Source: Podarcis liolepis
Lineage: Eukaryota
Direction: 5' to 3' (one strand)
DNA length: 64,000 nucleotides
Assembly: GCA_965112155.1 (NCBI GenBank)
Contig: OZ218104.1
In this document: in pieces, positions 34,201 to 48,100 of the stretch
Numbering within the stretch: the stretch's first letter is position 1
Layout: every line of letters starts with the position of its first letter
Notes under the pieces: model-generated
What the model was told of the DNA's origin: nothing
The model's database searches: none
Seen by the model: only the letters and a program-made list of their open reading frames with translations
Program-made: the position numbers and the translations under genes

Positions 34201-37200
34201 TCAAGCAGGAATCAGAATCCTTGCTTATAAATAGCAAATCTGCAATTTAGTCCCAAACTGAAATCCTTTCATCTTTATTCCAGTGTGTTTATTGTATTTA
34301 ATTATGTATCCATTCAGAAACAGTGGCATTTTCAAAAACCTATTAGAAATTAATGGACTTTCTAAACATGTAGTTATAAAATACAGAAACACCATCACAA
34401 AACTGTCCTAAACACTTCTAGATTATATATTCTTCAGAAACTGTACATGCACAAAAACATATAAAAGCAATTCAGTCTGTACACTATTAAGATACAACAT
34501 CTTTCAAACTTTATATTTGCTCAGAAAGTGATGTAGTTAAGTGATTGAAATATCTCTCCCCAAATAATCCATGCTATTTTTTGTTCTATTAAGAGTTTAA
34601 CACCCACAAATATTCAAGGGCAACATGAGCAAAACAGAGAGCAATGATTTCCCCTCCAGCTGGATTAGTAGCATTTTGTAATTCCTTGGTGCACTGTGGG
34701 GCTAAACACTGATGTCCTAAAAGTCTGTCCATACTCCAGGCTAAAAGTTAGAAAGCCATTGTAGGTACAGAGCCCCATTCAGTTTTAGCACAGTCTTTGA
34801 GGGCTTCCTCACACCTTTTTCTGATGCACTACATCACAGCTTGCCTAGTTTCTGATGAACAGCCCCACAGACAGTGCTCTGTGCATTCATTTAACCGTTA
34901 GTTGCTGAGAGCAGCTATTGGTCTATATTTACACATCCTCCACTCAACAAGAAAGGCTGCTCTGTTCTAAACTAAGAAACATCCAGACCTCTACTCTCCA
35001 AACAACACAAAAGCCACATCCCTGAGAAATATGGAACTATATACACAGATTCTAAATTAGTGCAATTTACAACTTAGAATGACAACATCAATACTGAAAA
35101 ACACACCGTGGCACTGGCAACAGTTTGTCACTGAAGGGAAACCCATGATGCCATGGAGGACCTAGTATGTTTGTCTTTTGGCCAGAGTCAGGTTTGGCTG
35201 GAGGTGAAGAACTGGATTTTCACTTACCATAAATGGCAGCACACTCCTGAATTGGCCCACCCCAAAAATTGAATTGGCCTACCTTTACGGTGGGGAATCC
35301 TTGTTGTGTTCTGTCTTTCACCGAGCCCCGACTGCCCTCAGTTAGGTAGCGAGCTCTGTGCTGTGTCTCTGGCTGCACCATTATCTTCAGCTCCTTGCCT
35401 TCACTTTTACCAGGGTACTGACCACATAACATAGGACTCTTCTTGCCTCCAGTTGTTTTTGGGGTTTCTGATGTTCTAAAGAGTTAAAGCAGACCAGTGA
35501 TTTCAGTTACCAGAGGCTTTCTTTAAAAAACAAGCACAACTGGGGTGGTGAGGGGGAAGAGAAAAGAACACAGATCTGGGCCGTACTTAAATCTACCAAT
35601 ATAAAATCACAACGCAAGGCTGCAAACTGGGAAGAAATGTAGAAGGGGGTGTGTGGTTTCATGTACCGTACTCACAACAGAAATTCAGTAACTAAACCAT
35701 ATAGCCTGAAACTTAAGCCCTTTTAATCTTTGTTTTATGTAAGAATGTAAGAAAAAGGCACACTGCTATTTAGGCAAAAATACCTGTATAAATCTAGTCA
35801 GATGGCATGAGATGGCAGGCATCTTAAAACTGTTCATCATGTTTTCGTCACTAATTATAACCATTTTGAACAGCATCCAAGGTGAAGAGAAATATTTCAG
35901 TGGTAAAAGGAAAGGCTTGCTTTGCTCCTGACCTTGCAGCAGTTCAAGTTTACAGACACTATATAGTGACGGATCAGTCTGATTTATTTCTTTTAGAACT
36001 ATCTCTTTAAGCTGCTGAGTCTGCTCTAATGAAGTAATACATGCAACACGGCTCAGCCTCTAACCAGCAACATTGTTTAGAAACTGCATTGAATGGTCAG
36101 TTCCATAAATGAAACCAATTTGAAGAAGGCCACCAAAGGGCACTGTCTTTCGGACATCCCTAGCTTCAAGATTTTTAGGAATGCTGTTTCAACATGTCCT
36201 ATCCCTGATGTGGGCTTCTGTTTGTACAAGTCCTCACTGGCTCATAGGGAGAATGGGAATGAATTGTGTGCTCTGCAGATCTGAGTGCCTACGTATATTT
36301 TAAGCTTGTCCTCTGTGAACTAAAAAGTACTTGTCTTCTTTCTGGAACACCAGCATGTGCACTATAACATCAAACCAGGGGCATGGGCAGCCCTAAGCCA
36401 GTTCTCACAATACAGAATTGTGAAAGGTAGAACAGGTCTACATCAGGACCTCAGTATCTCAGCCCACAAAGGCCTGGAAAATCGTTCAAGAACAGCCATA
36501 ATCAACACAGGAGTTTCATGGCTATTTCCAGCACTACGGATCTTTTAGTACTTAGTACTTTAGCACTTTAAGTAAAGCTTCATAGAAAATACTGCTTGAA
36601 ATGTCTGCTGTACTAGTCTGGAATGCCATAAAACCTGCATCCACCACTGTGCTCCTGCTACCAAAAGGCCCTGGAAAAAATGTGTTTAATGCTGATAAGT
36701 GTTCTACCTCAATCAAAAAATCGTGGGTTCTTTTGTGTTTTCGTGAAAAAGAAAAACTCAACAACTTTGGGGTTTGTCCAAAAAAAACCACAACTCAATA
36801 ACTTTCAGGGTATCCTGGCAACCCTATTTTAGGACTTCTCTCCAGGCTTCACGCACAGTGTGGAAGACTGCTACGTAACAAACTTTATGTACAAAGGAAA
36901 TAGAATCTAAGCATGAAAATACTCTCTCAGTGGCACTTGGCAAGTAAGATATATTCTATGTTTAGCTATGGTCTAGCTAAGGGGTTGTCAACCTGGTCCC
37001 TACCGCCCACTAGTGGGCATTTCAGGATTCTAGGTGAGCGGTAGGGGGTTCTACGGCACACGCTGAATCCTCCTTCCATCGAGCACTGGTGGGCAGTAAG
37101 GAAATTTTACCATCAAGAAAGATGCATTAGTGAGTGGTAGGTATAAAAAGGTTGACTACCCCGGTCTAGCAAAAGTAGGAGCTGTATGAAAACCTATTTT

Positions 37201-37720
37201 TAAAAAGATGTTTAATCGGTTTTTGCATTTGAGGACAGGTCTGGATAAAATAAATATTTTAAATCTCATGAGAGTTTCAAGTACATGACGGCAGGCCTAT
37301 AACACAGTAAACAAGAATCTGTGCTCACAATTTCTACCTAAATCTGCTCGTTCATAAGCAGTATTCATAAATCAACTGCACAACTAGAACTTCTCCTTCT
37401 CATCCTTGAGAAACTGACAGTGGCATTTTAAGAGCCTTCTATGAATTCTCCAAAATTCTATATGCTGAAGGGGTCATCACAGTGTCACTCTGCTAAATAC
37501 TCCTTCTCTTCCCGTTTCTCATCAATGTCCAGGGATCTAAAATGTGAATACACACTTTACTTAGGTGCTACTGGTTAATATAAAGTCCAGTAGGTTAGAC
37601 AGGTGTTTTATGAAAACCAGAACCATGCCTCTAGTAGTCAAACACAGTTTTTTCATCGTAGTACTTTGCCTTTTGTGATGGCAACCTTTGCACTGAGCTA
37701 TTCAGGATGACTCCAGATAT

Positions 37721-37754
<34 letters not shown>

Positions 37755-39078
37755 TTTTATTTATATCCTGCCCTCCCCAGCCGAAGCCGGGCTCAGGGCA
37801 GCTAACAACAACCAAATAATCAAACAAACAAATAATCCAACATTCTAAAAACATTTCATTATAAAAATTAATTAAAATCAAATTAATGGCAACCGTTAAG
37901 CAAATTCTGTGCAGGTTGCCAGAGGAGGGAGTCAGGCTGCGCCCTGACCAAAGGCCTGGTGGAACAACTCTGTCTCGCAGGCCCTGCGGAAAGATGTCAG
38001 GTCCCGCAGGGCCCTAGTCTCTTGTGACAGAGCGTTCCACCAGATTGGAGCCGCAGCCGAGAAAGCCCTGGCTCTAGTTGAGGCCAGCCTAACCTCTCTG
38101 AGGCCTGGGACCTTCAGGATGTGTCTTGAATAATAATAAATTAACAACAATAATTTCTGTTATATTATCATTATTACTATAAATGCTACTGGCTAGCTGC
38201 ACTACTCTTCCATGTACCACCTTGTTGAAAGAAAACTATATTGAGGTTCAAACCTGTCTAGGTTCAAACCTCTGCTTAGCCATGAAGCTCAATGAGTAGT
38301 CCTTGAGCAAGTCACCAGCCCTGCTTGTGCAACAGAGTAAACCATGGTTAATGGTTGACCATGAGCACACCTAAAAAGGCCTGTTTAGCTTCTCTCTGCT
38401 TATGGGCCAAGGAAACAAACACCAATTCCTCCTCACTTTGCACTGCTTCCAAAGCAGGGAGCATGGTTTGTTTCACTCCAACAAGCCACAATCAGTAAGC
38501 CAAAAACAAACCCAATAGGGCTTACTTCCAAGTAGACACACATAGGATTACACTGTTAATCTCAAGAAACCGAACTTACTTATTTGAAGAACTCACCACT
38601 TTAAGAAAACCTTCCCTGTATCTATTTTAGTTTGAATAAATTCTGGCAATGCTTGCCAATTTTGAAATTTGTAAGACAAGCATAAAACATTTTACTTTAT
38701 GTCTGTCCTCTGAGTTTTTAATCACCTTTGTCCGAGGAAAACTCTCTGCTTTGTTGCAAAGGATACCAAATTATAACAATGCTGCAGTAGCAACATAAAA
38801 TATACTCTGTAGAGTTTATTATAATCTACCTTTACAAAGTTATATTTTAAGTATGGAACTGGAACAACAAAGTGTACACAAATTGAAGGTGATTTTCCTA
38901 CAGATGGGAAGGTGTTACCTATCTGCACAATATTCACCAACCTAAGGATAGCTTTGTGAACATACCACAAACACATACAGAAAATAAAATAAGCCCACTG
39001 TTTTATTATGAGCTACAAAAATAAACATTACTGGAAACCAGTGGGCAATCACTTGGATCCCAATATTCCCCTGTATGA

Positions 39079-39156
<78 letters not shown>

Positions 39157-42100
39157 AGAGAAAGAGAGAGAGATTCTTCAGGCAACTGCACTCACCTCTC
39201 TACTCTGAAGGTACCCTATCCTTCTGTAGCCTGTTTTAAACTGACACTGAGGTTGCAGATGGAGAGAAACAGTGACACATACAACCTTATGAGTGGAATT
39301 GTATTCTGCTCATGCAGCAGGACCTTTGGATCCAAGCCACTATTTCTAAATTGAGATGCAGTTAAGTGAAAAGTGTGAAGTGGAAAAGATGAGAAACCAC
39401 CACCCAGGCGTGACTACAGACAACAACAGCAACACACACACACACACACACACACAACCGAGAAGCACACAGCAAAACAGGATTAGAGATTTATTTCTGA
39501 AAAATCAAATACATAACTGAAGTGACACGGAACACAAATTTGGTTCAGCATATTTTAACATTTTAGTAAGTGTTAATATAATAAGATCAAAATCAGCTGT
39601 CTTTAATTGATGGAGAGAGTGAAACAGAAGTAGGCGAAGTGCAGATCCCTTATAAATAGCTTTGTATGGTACTGTTGAGGAAGACATGGAGGAGCCGATC
39701 TCAGCTTCAGGGATTACATTTTTAACATGCTTTTATTGAAAAGCTTCCTATTCACTAATCAGTTTCCACAGGGAAGAGCTAGACAATTCCAGGACAGATT
39801 AGTTCAATAGTTGCTAAATCAGACTAGAATATATATTCATATGTAAACCTTGCATTTTAGCATAAGAAACCATTGAACTTAGTTCCAGATTATCACCTCT
39901 CCTGTATTTCTCAGTGTGAACCTGAGCTGAACACTAGGGAAAAGTTAAGGTAATGCTTTTAGCTTGTTTTTTAAACATATGTTGATAGAACTTAAAGGCA
40001 GATACCAACCCATTTCCTGCTTTCGAGTTGCTTTTGCTGTCCGTGCTGAGCTGAGAAAGGACATAATGAGGCGCTTTGGCACTGTCAGCATCAAAGATAT
40101 CCATGGTTGACTCTTCACAATCTCGCCGTTTGATCCCCGGTCTCTGCTTTGGATTTCGTTTACGTGATTTACGTGGCACCTCAGTGTTATCATTGTAGGA
40201 ACTGGTGCTCATGTTACTGAAGTTGGAGGGGGAATCCTCCATCCACATACTGCAGCTCTGCTCAGATTCCAATCCGCACCCCTCATCCTGGCAGGACATC
40301 CGGCTGTTGTCCAGCAAGTCCTCCGGTGGTGGTGTGATGTACAGGACTGTGTGCCTCTTCGGTGTGGACTGTTGTTGCTGCTGCTGGGCTGTGTTATTGG
40401 TTAACTGCTTGTCACTTACCCCTCGGTTACTTACCCCCATGGCTGAGGAGCAGCTCTCCACTTGCATAGCTTTGCTGTCAGTGACTGAGGTAGAGTAAAT
40501 GGTGGGACTGGAAGAGGTGGTAAAGGAGCTGCAAGCACCGCCCATGGAGGAAGAGGAGGGAGCTGAAGAAGCATCTGCGGTGTACAATTCAGAAGTAAAT
40601 ACAGGGTACATGATCCCAACTGTGCTGGCTATAGCAGTCCCTTTGAAGTAATGTGATTAGTGAACTGATTTTTCCCCCAAATGAATGTTTTGGAATTTGG
40701 CTTGTTTTTGAATTTAAACACTTCAAGTGATATAAGGCTTAAGCAACACAGAAGTATTCTGAAAAGTGTCCAAATGATACTTCCATTTTTGTGCATGTGG
40801 CAATCAGACTTTTTTCTTTAAATTTTCTTTAAGTCATAAAAAGGCTGTAAGCAAACAAGGGCGCTTTTATTGCCTCAGCTGGACTTTGAGTTTAAGCCAT
40901 TTTATCTAAAATGATAGGAACCCCAATGCAAGACATGTGTCAGTGCTTTTAGGCCACATTTCATGCCAATCAACCAGCATCTGAAATTTTTGAAAAACGT
41001 GGGACTGTGCTTANNNNNNNNNNNNNNNNNNNNNNNNNNNNNNNNNNNNNNNNNNNNNNNNNNNNNNNNNNNNNNNNNNNNNNNNNNNNNNNNNNNNNNN
41101 NNNNNNNNNNNNNNNNNNNNNNNNNNNNNNNNNNNNNNNNNNNNNTCATTATTCCAGATATTAACTATTAAATGAGAAATGAAAGACAAAAATAACTTAA
41201 CCGCAACAAAATGGAACTGGTACCAATCACCATTTATGGCTTTAAAAAAATTATTCAGCTGAGATTTGAAATCAGAGCATGCTGGTAAGAAAATGGAAGA
41301 GGCATGATCAAGTCACCTCCTTATGTGTTACTTCAAGTCCATAAAAATATAAAATGAATTAAAGCCACCCAGCATTACTGATGGCATAAGTAGCAGCCCA
41401 TGTCTCAGCAAAAGAAACATTATTAGGGTTGATGGCTAAATAACTACCAGGTTAGGTGCTGGCCTAAGAATTAGATATCTGTTTGCAACTAGGGCTTCTT
41501 AAAAGCAGGTTAGGCAAGAAGAATACATAGATAAAATATATTTAACTGCCCACAAAGCCTTCACTCCTCAACAGTGTCCTGAAGTCAAAGTGATTGCTCT
41601 GAGCTAAGGAGATTGTGGGCTGCATATATCTGAGAATGCTACTAAATAAAAAAATGACCCACCAGCTTAAGACATCTCCCTATTCCAGAATAATTAGCTA
41701 AAAAAATAGCTGTATTAAGTTGATAGCACTACCTGCTGAAGGGAGCAAACAAGATTGGTAAAACTTATGTTAACTATAAAAAGGAAGGTGGCTTCTGATG
41801 ACTCAATGAACAGAATTTCTGTGTATAAACTGAAAGGGTCAGAAAAAGGAATTAAGATTGTTGAAGGTTCCTTTTCTTTTAAATGCATTCAATATGCAAT
41901 AATATACTTAAGGTACAGAAAAAAACATAAACTGACATACTGACCTAGTGAAAATGTTAGTATTGCATTAAGAAGCCCAAGAAATATAGACTAAAAGCAA
42001 AACAGATCAATCTTCTGTTTAGTTTTAGCTATGAAGGTTTCAGATGTGAACCTATCAGTCAGGTAACAGTGCACTCTTCCCTTCGAACTATCCCCATCCC

Positions 42101-45100
42101 ATCTCCAGCCAGTCTCTGGAATAATCTGGAGCCACTGACAGATACCAGTTCCATTTTCCAGCTTGTTCCTTGGCAAATGCAGTGGCTGAAATTGGAAGTT
42201 TCAGTCACTCAGAACTGCATTTTAATTAAAAAAAAAAAAACCAAAACATTTTCCAAGTCCTTTTTGTATCATGCATTAATGCAATGCTTTCCTTAGAAAG
42301 ATGTAAAGTTTGCTAATTTCAGTGACTATATATAATTGCTGATTTGCAGCCACTTTGAGTTGAAAAAGTTTGCTATGGGACATTATTTTTTTAGCTAGCT
42401 TTTGTTAAAATAGCACTAACTTCCATTTGCTTTTAAATAGTCACCCACCTTGAAATGCAAAAATGCAGCTAGCATACTGCATGCACTGTAAAACATGCAG
42501 GAAGAATGCTCTAAACTTGCATTGCTGCAGACAATCCTTTCCCCCTCTCTAGTAGCACCCCACCCCAAAAGGAAACTCCATGCAGAATATGACCATTCTC
42601 TGGATTCTTCCCCAAACAAAGATGATCATACAAGGGTCAGGCATTAGTACAGAGGCTGCCTCATCTTTGTATTAAGGTGCAGAGAGTTTACACACTTAAG
42701 CTGTGTGTTTGGCACCAGCCCATTATGCTGATCTGTGAATAGTGTGGATAAAAAGTAACCAACCATGTTCCTATCTAAAATGGAAGAGTTTGGAACTTTC
42801 ACATCAGTCCACACTGGGGTAGTTATGCCAGGCAGGATTAGCAGCCCGAATAGGGAATTCACATAAAATAAAATCCTACCAAGAAAGCCAAGGTATGCTA
42901 ATTTTATCAAGCAAAATATTAGCACCAAGTTAAATAGCTTGAAACCTGTGTTAAATAAATAGTAACTTCCTTAAAAGGAAATTCTCCAATTAGTATAGTT
43001 TTGCAGATAATTTGAAAAACACAGACTGCCAGGACCCTATTTTTTTGCTACCCCTATGAATCAGTCATGTGGACTGCAACCAAATAATTGTTTGGTTTAC
43101 TTAATCACAGCTGTGCCAAGTTATAAACTTGAAGCTTTAAAGCTTAAAAAATAGGTAAATTTAGTTACACCAATGAAAAAGAACTAATTATATGTCCTTA
43201 TACCAATATTAATAATATAACCCAGGCCCAACATCCTACTATTGCATTTGAAGTTAGGCAGGCGGACCTCTTTACTTTTGTAGCTGAAAAGGCTCAGGAA
43301 ATGATTGATGCATTACACATCAGTGAGATAAATGCTATTTTTTCAGGTAGTGTATACATAATTTGGATCCAGTGTTAAATTCAATCTGAAAAAGTAATGG
43401 CAATCCCTTGACTGATCACTCCATACTAAAGCAGTCTCAAACCCTTTTCATTATTAACAAAAATGTCCTTTCAACTGAGCCCAAGTCATGGCAATAAGAG
43501 TGCCAGCCATTAAGAGTTAGCCAAGTCCAAGACATAAGGAAATTGGCTTTCTCTAGGAAGGTGGTCACCAGAAAGTAACCCCTCATATTCCCACTTTGCA
43601 ACCTTAACCCAGAAACACAGTCCTCCCACTTTAAGCATTTTCCTTTTACTTCTAGAATAGAATTTACTCACTAGGACCCAAGAGACACAGCTCAATAAGC
43701 ACAAACTCGATGTTTGGGGAGGGTTGGATATTTTTACTGCATTTTGTTAAATACAAGATTACAGTCTAACAAGGTTCAGTTTCAGTTACATTTTAAAGCC
43801 ATTTTAGAATTACAATCACATGCCAAGAATGTTTTATGACAGTCTCCAGAGGCATGGCAACAAAAACTACAATACACAGTTATCTGTGCAAGTCATTTTA
43901 TAATTAACTCATCCAAAATCCAAACAGGAGAGATCACACTGGAAGTTAAAAGCCCTTTGAGCTCCAATACCATCAATAGTCAAAGATGAAATAAAATATG
44001 TAGTTCAAGAAAGAACAACAAGCTCCTGCACCCTTATTGGCATCTGCTTCAGTTCTGTCTTAGAAACAAAAGGACTCAAAGCAAGCCTGTGCAGTGCATT
44101 GCAAAGTAATGGCCACCCCTGCTCTGTGCTACAAGTGACAGCTCATGTCAGTTTGCAAAGACCCTTTGCTTTCCAGGTACTAGTAGCTTTTAACCTAAAT
44201 AAGCATTTTGTTTTTATGGCAGTGAGGCAGTTTTTTAAAGCCTCTCCTCTCCTCAGAATAAGATTTAGGAGCTGAGAATCAAAGAGGTTATGGGCAGCTT
44301 GGGTTACTAGCTAAAGCTACGATAGCTTTATACAACCTTGGGAGACTAAGACTCTAAGATTTTAAGCCCTTTTAAAATTCTCTGTCCTCCATCAGCTCAC
44401 TGCTAGTTTCAGAGAGATTTGCTATCTTTAGGCAGAGCTTAAAGGAAGCCATTTCTTGCCCTGAGGTATTTCTCTTAACATAAGCCCTTCAGGGCTACAA
44501 GGCTTTTCAAGAAGACCAAACATCAGTTCAAGTGATGAGAAAACTAACAGGCAAGCTACCCTGCAAGGCAAAGTCACCTTCCAAAGTGGAGAACATGAGA
44601 GATCAAAAGCTAAGGCTTGGGATGCCACCTGTATATGAACCACTATTATGCACAAGCAGCTGGTGGAAGAACTCACAGCTTTCCAGAAACTGGCACACTT
44701 GCCATGCTATTTGCTGTTCAGAAAACAGAATGAAAACAATAAGCATTCAACAACACAGGGTGAACCCTTGGCATTTTGATAGACTCAATCCCCAGAGCCT
44801 ATCCCTACACAAGTGTCATTTATGAACCTTGCATTTTCTATTCTTGGCAGTCTCCACTTCCAATATTGCTCAAATCTTTCTGTGGGTTAATTTTTCAGGA
44901 CCAGTGAATTCAGAGCGACAGTTTTGGAGTAAAGACAGAAGGACACGAGCCCTTGTGTTGTCAAAGGCATGAACCGGGACAAAGTGGCTGCAAACCTGCT
45001 TCCGACACCTTCTGTGTCAACTTTGGCTGCTTACTTTTCTTCAGCTTCATTTATTGATGTAAAATCAAAAACTTTATTAAGAGTTTAACTTCAGTCAATC

Positions 45101-48100
45101 CACTATTTATAACAAAACAAAAAGAAAAAGAAAGGAAAGACTTATGAAGAAGTCTNNNNNNNNNNNNNNNNNNNNNNNNNNNNNNNNNNNNNNNNNNNNN
45201 NNNNNNNNNNNNNNNNNNNNNNNNNNNNNNNNNNNNNNNNNNNNNNNNNNNNNNNNNNNNNNNNNNNNNNNNNNNNNNNNNNNNNNNNNNNNNNNNNNNN
45301 NNNNNNNNNNNNNNNNNNNGCTAGCATCCCAGCAAATATCATAAAAGCAATCCAATTTACTTTAAAAGTTCAAGGCAGATTCAAAGTAGGTTGGTTACTT
45401 ACATTAAACCCCCAAACAATTTTAAATTCCCCATTACATTCACATGCCAAAACAAGTATTATTTAACACAATTAAAAACAGGATTCAGTCTGCTTTGACA
45501 GACGGGAAATCCATAATTTGACACTCATATTTACAGATGCACAAGTGGTTATTTCTTACCTGGAACTTTTGTTGGGTGATTCATGTTCACCAATTCAGAC
45601 TAGGTGGTCTGCCACTCAAGAGCGACAATCAGATGCAATCAACCAGCAAGCATGAATTCAGAGCCCTCATACCTATTTATCCCTGCCCGGTATTCCTCTC
45701 CAGACACAAGGAAATGCTGCATTGTCTTGATCAATAAACTTAACATTTCTCCAGAAAGGAAATGACTTTCCTTTCTGGTCCAATCTTTACAATATGCAAT
45801 AATTAGTTGAGTAAATTTTTCACACTAGTCATCAATCTATGAAGCTGGTAAGAGGCACGTGATAATCTCACAAGGGTTCTTACCATAAGCATAAGCAAAA
45901 CCCTACAACTACTGCTCAGTGGAAACATAGACTGACAGCTAACAAACTCACCCCAAATCTAACCTACTAAAACAAATGTGTTTTGTTCAAGAGCAAATAT
46001 AACTGATCAGTCAAGAAAAAAACCTCAGTAAAGCATGAGACTCTTGATCTCAGGGTCATGGGTTTGAGCCCCACGCTAGGCAAAAGATTCCAGCACTGCA
46101 GCAGGCTGGACCAGATGACCCTTGCGGTCCCTTCCAACTCTACAATTCTGAGATTCTATGAGAAGAAGAGAAGAGAGTTTTAACAGGATAAAAAGAGGCA
46201 GGCACTGGCAAACAACCTATTTACTTTTACTGGATTTAGTGCAAAGAAGAAAGCAGGTATAATGTATGTAGCAAGGGTCCTTGTGCAGTGTATTGTGAAG
46301 AACATTACTAAGCTTAAATTGCACAGCAATTCAGGCAGATGAGGAAACCATCCCTAAAGCAGCCACCGAAGTCTCATAAAGCTAACTGGACAATGAACTC
46401 TGCTATGCCTTTCTGGAGCCATATGTGTGTCAGTGTGTGTCTAAAACTATTGATCAAGAAGCACAATGTCAAACAACATAACCTGCCTTTAGAAGACAGA
46501 TAAGAATCCCCTCAAGTCCCCTTTTTGCCAAATACACACACAACATAAATCACTATCTTTAAAAAATGTGATTTATCTCCTCCTCTTTCCATTGATATGT
46601 AGAATCTTGCCAGTTTTTAAACTATGTGAATTTGAAACTTTGTCAGAATTATATTGTACTCTGAGGTATAATGCACATTATCATGCAAATTAAGCCTCAT
46701 GTCACATTAACCATGTCAAAAGAGAACGTATAAAATCAAGGCTTTATAAAGAGAAGCTACAGAAGACAAATGAACCCTTTGCTATTATGGACAAATATAG
46801 TCAAAATGACCTAAGATGTGTTTTTATACTCAAGTTTCTGAGCAACTACTTGCTCCTAATATGACAGAAGCTAGTATTTCTAGTTTAAAAGTGCATTCCT
46901 TGCGAAAATTAAAAAATAAATTTTGGTACCAACTTAGGCTACACCAATGGTAAAAGTAAACTAAAGGAGCACTTATTGTTGCAATTTTTTTTACCTTCAA
47001 GCAAATCAAAATGATTAAAAACAAGGCACTTGACCTTTCTCCACCTTCTGAAAGTCATGGCCCCTCATTCAAGAGAGATTTGCATGGTGTTTTTAAGACA
47101 GAGGTAGGCAAACTAAGACCCAAGTGCCGGATCCAGCCCAATCACCTTCTAAATCCAGCCAGTGGACAGTCCAGGAATCAGCGTGTTTTTACATGAATAG
47201 AATGTGTCCCTTTATTTAAAATGCATCTCTAGGTTATTTGTGGGGCATAAGAATTCATTCATATATTTTTTTCAAAATATAGTTCGGCCCCCCACGAGGG
47301 CTGAGGGACAGTGGACTAGCCCCCTGCTGAAAAAGTTTGCTTACCCCTGTTTTAAGACATTTGTTGTGATGCTATAAAGTTTAATATCAAACTGTGAAAG
47401 GGAGGTTGGCAGATATGTGTTGGAGTGAAAAAGCGACAGATTTGAGACAGGTCATTTCTCAGACCCATTCCTGAAGCACTGCTTCTTCCTACTTAGCAAA
47501 CACAGCATTTCACATTAAATGCTTGTATCCTGCTAAGAAACACCTTCTGGCAAGAGAAACTTAGAAATAAACTGGCTGCACAGAAAGGATAAGCTCTCTC
47601 TCACTCTCTCTCCACACACACAGAGTTGTTATCAAGATGTATCTGCCTTCAAAAGATAGACAACTTTTCCCAGCTTAACTATATATAGTTCATCATGAAA
47701 GTTCAGAAATAAGCTGAGAACTATGTTAAAATTAAGAATTCATAGCTGGTTAATTTACAAAGAAACCACCTCATGTTTGGATTGATGAATATGAAACACA
47801 CCTTTTATGTTAAAATAATCAAATGTGCTCTTAAAAGACCAATTAGCAAGACTCAGTTTTAAAATGGTTTAGACTGATTTGAAAATTGGAAGCCAAACAC
47901 TAATAGCAGAACTAGCAGTCTGTTCCTGCAGGCCCTCATACCTGAAATCAGCCAATCCTGTTCCTCCAGAAATCTGAAGTTAACTGCAGAAAATCTTTAT
48001 GTAACCTGCTTATGTGTCCCAGAACCTCAGATCAAAGCACTGAAAGAAAAACCTGGGGCAATCTGATTTGCAGCCAGATACTGTGTCACCCTGTGGCTAG

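Noticed and set aside
39006-39354. ORFs with [10 protein letters not shown] or ERERER runs
   Set aside because: Translations of the (TG)n(AG)n microsatellite.
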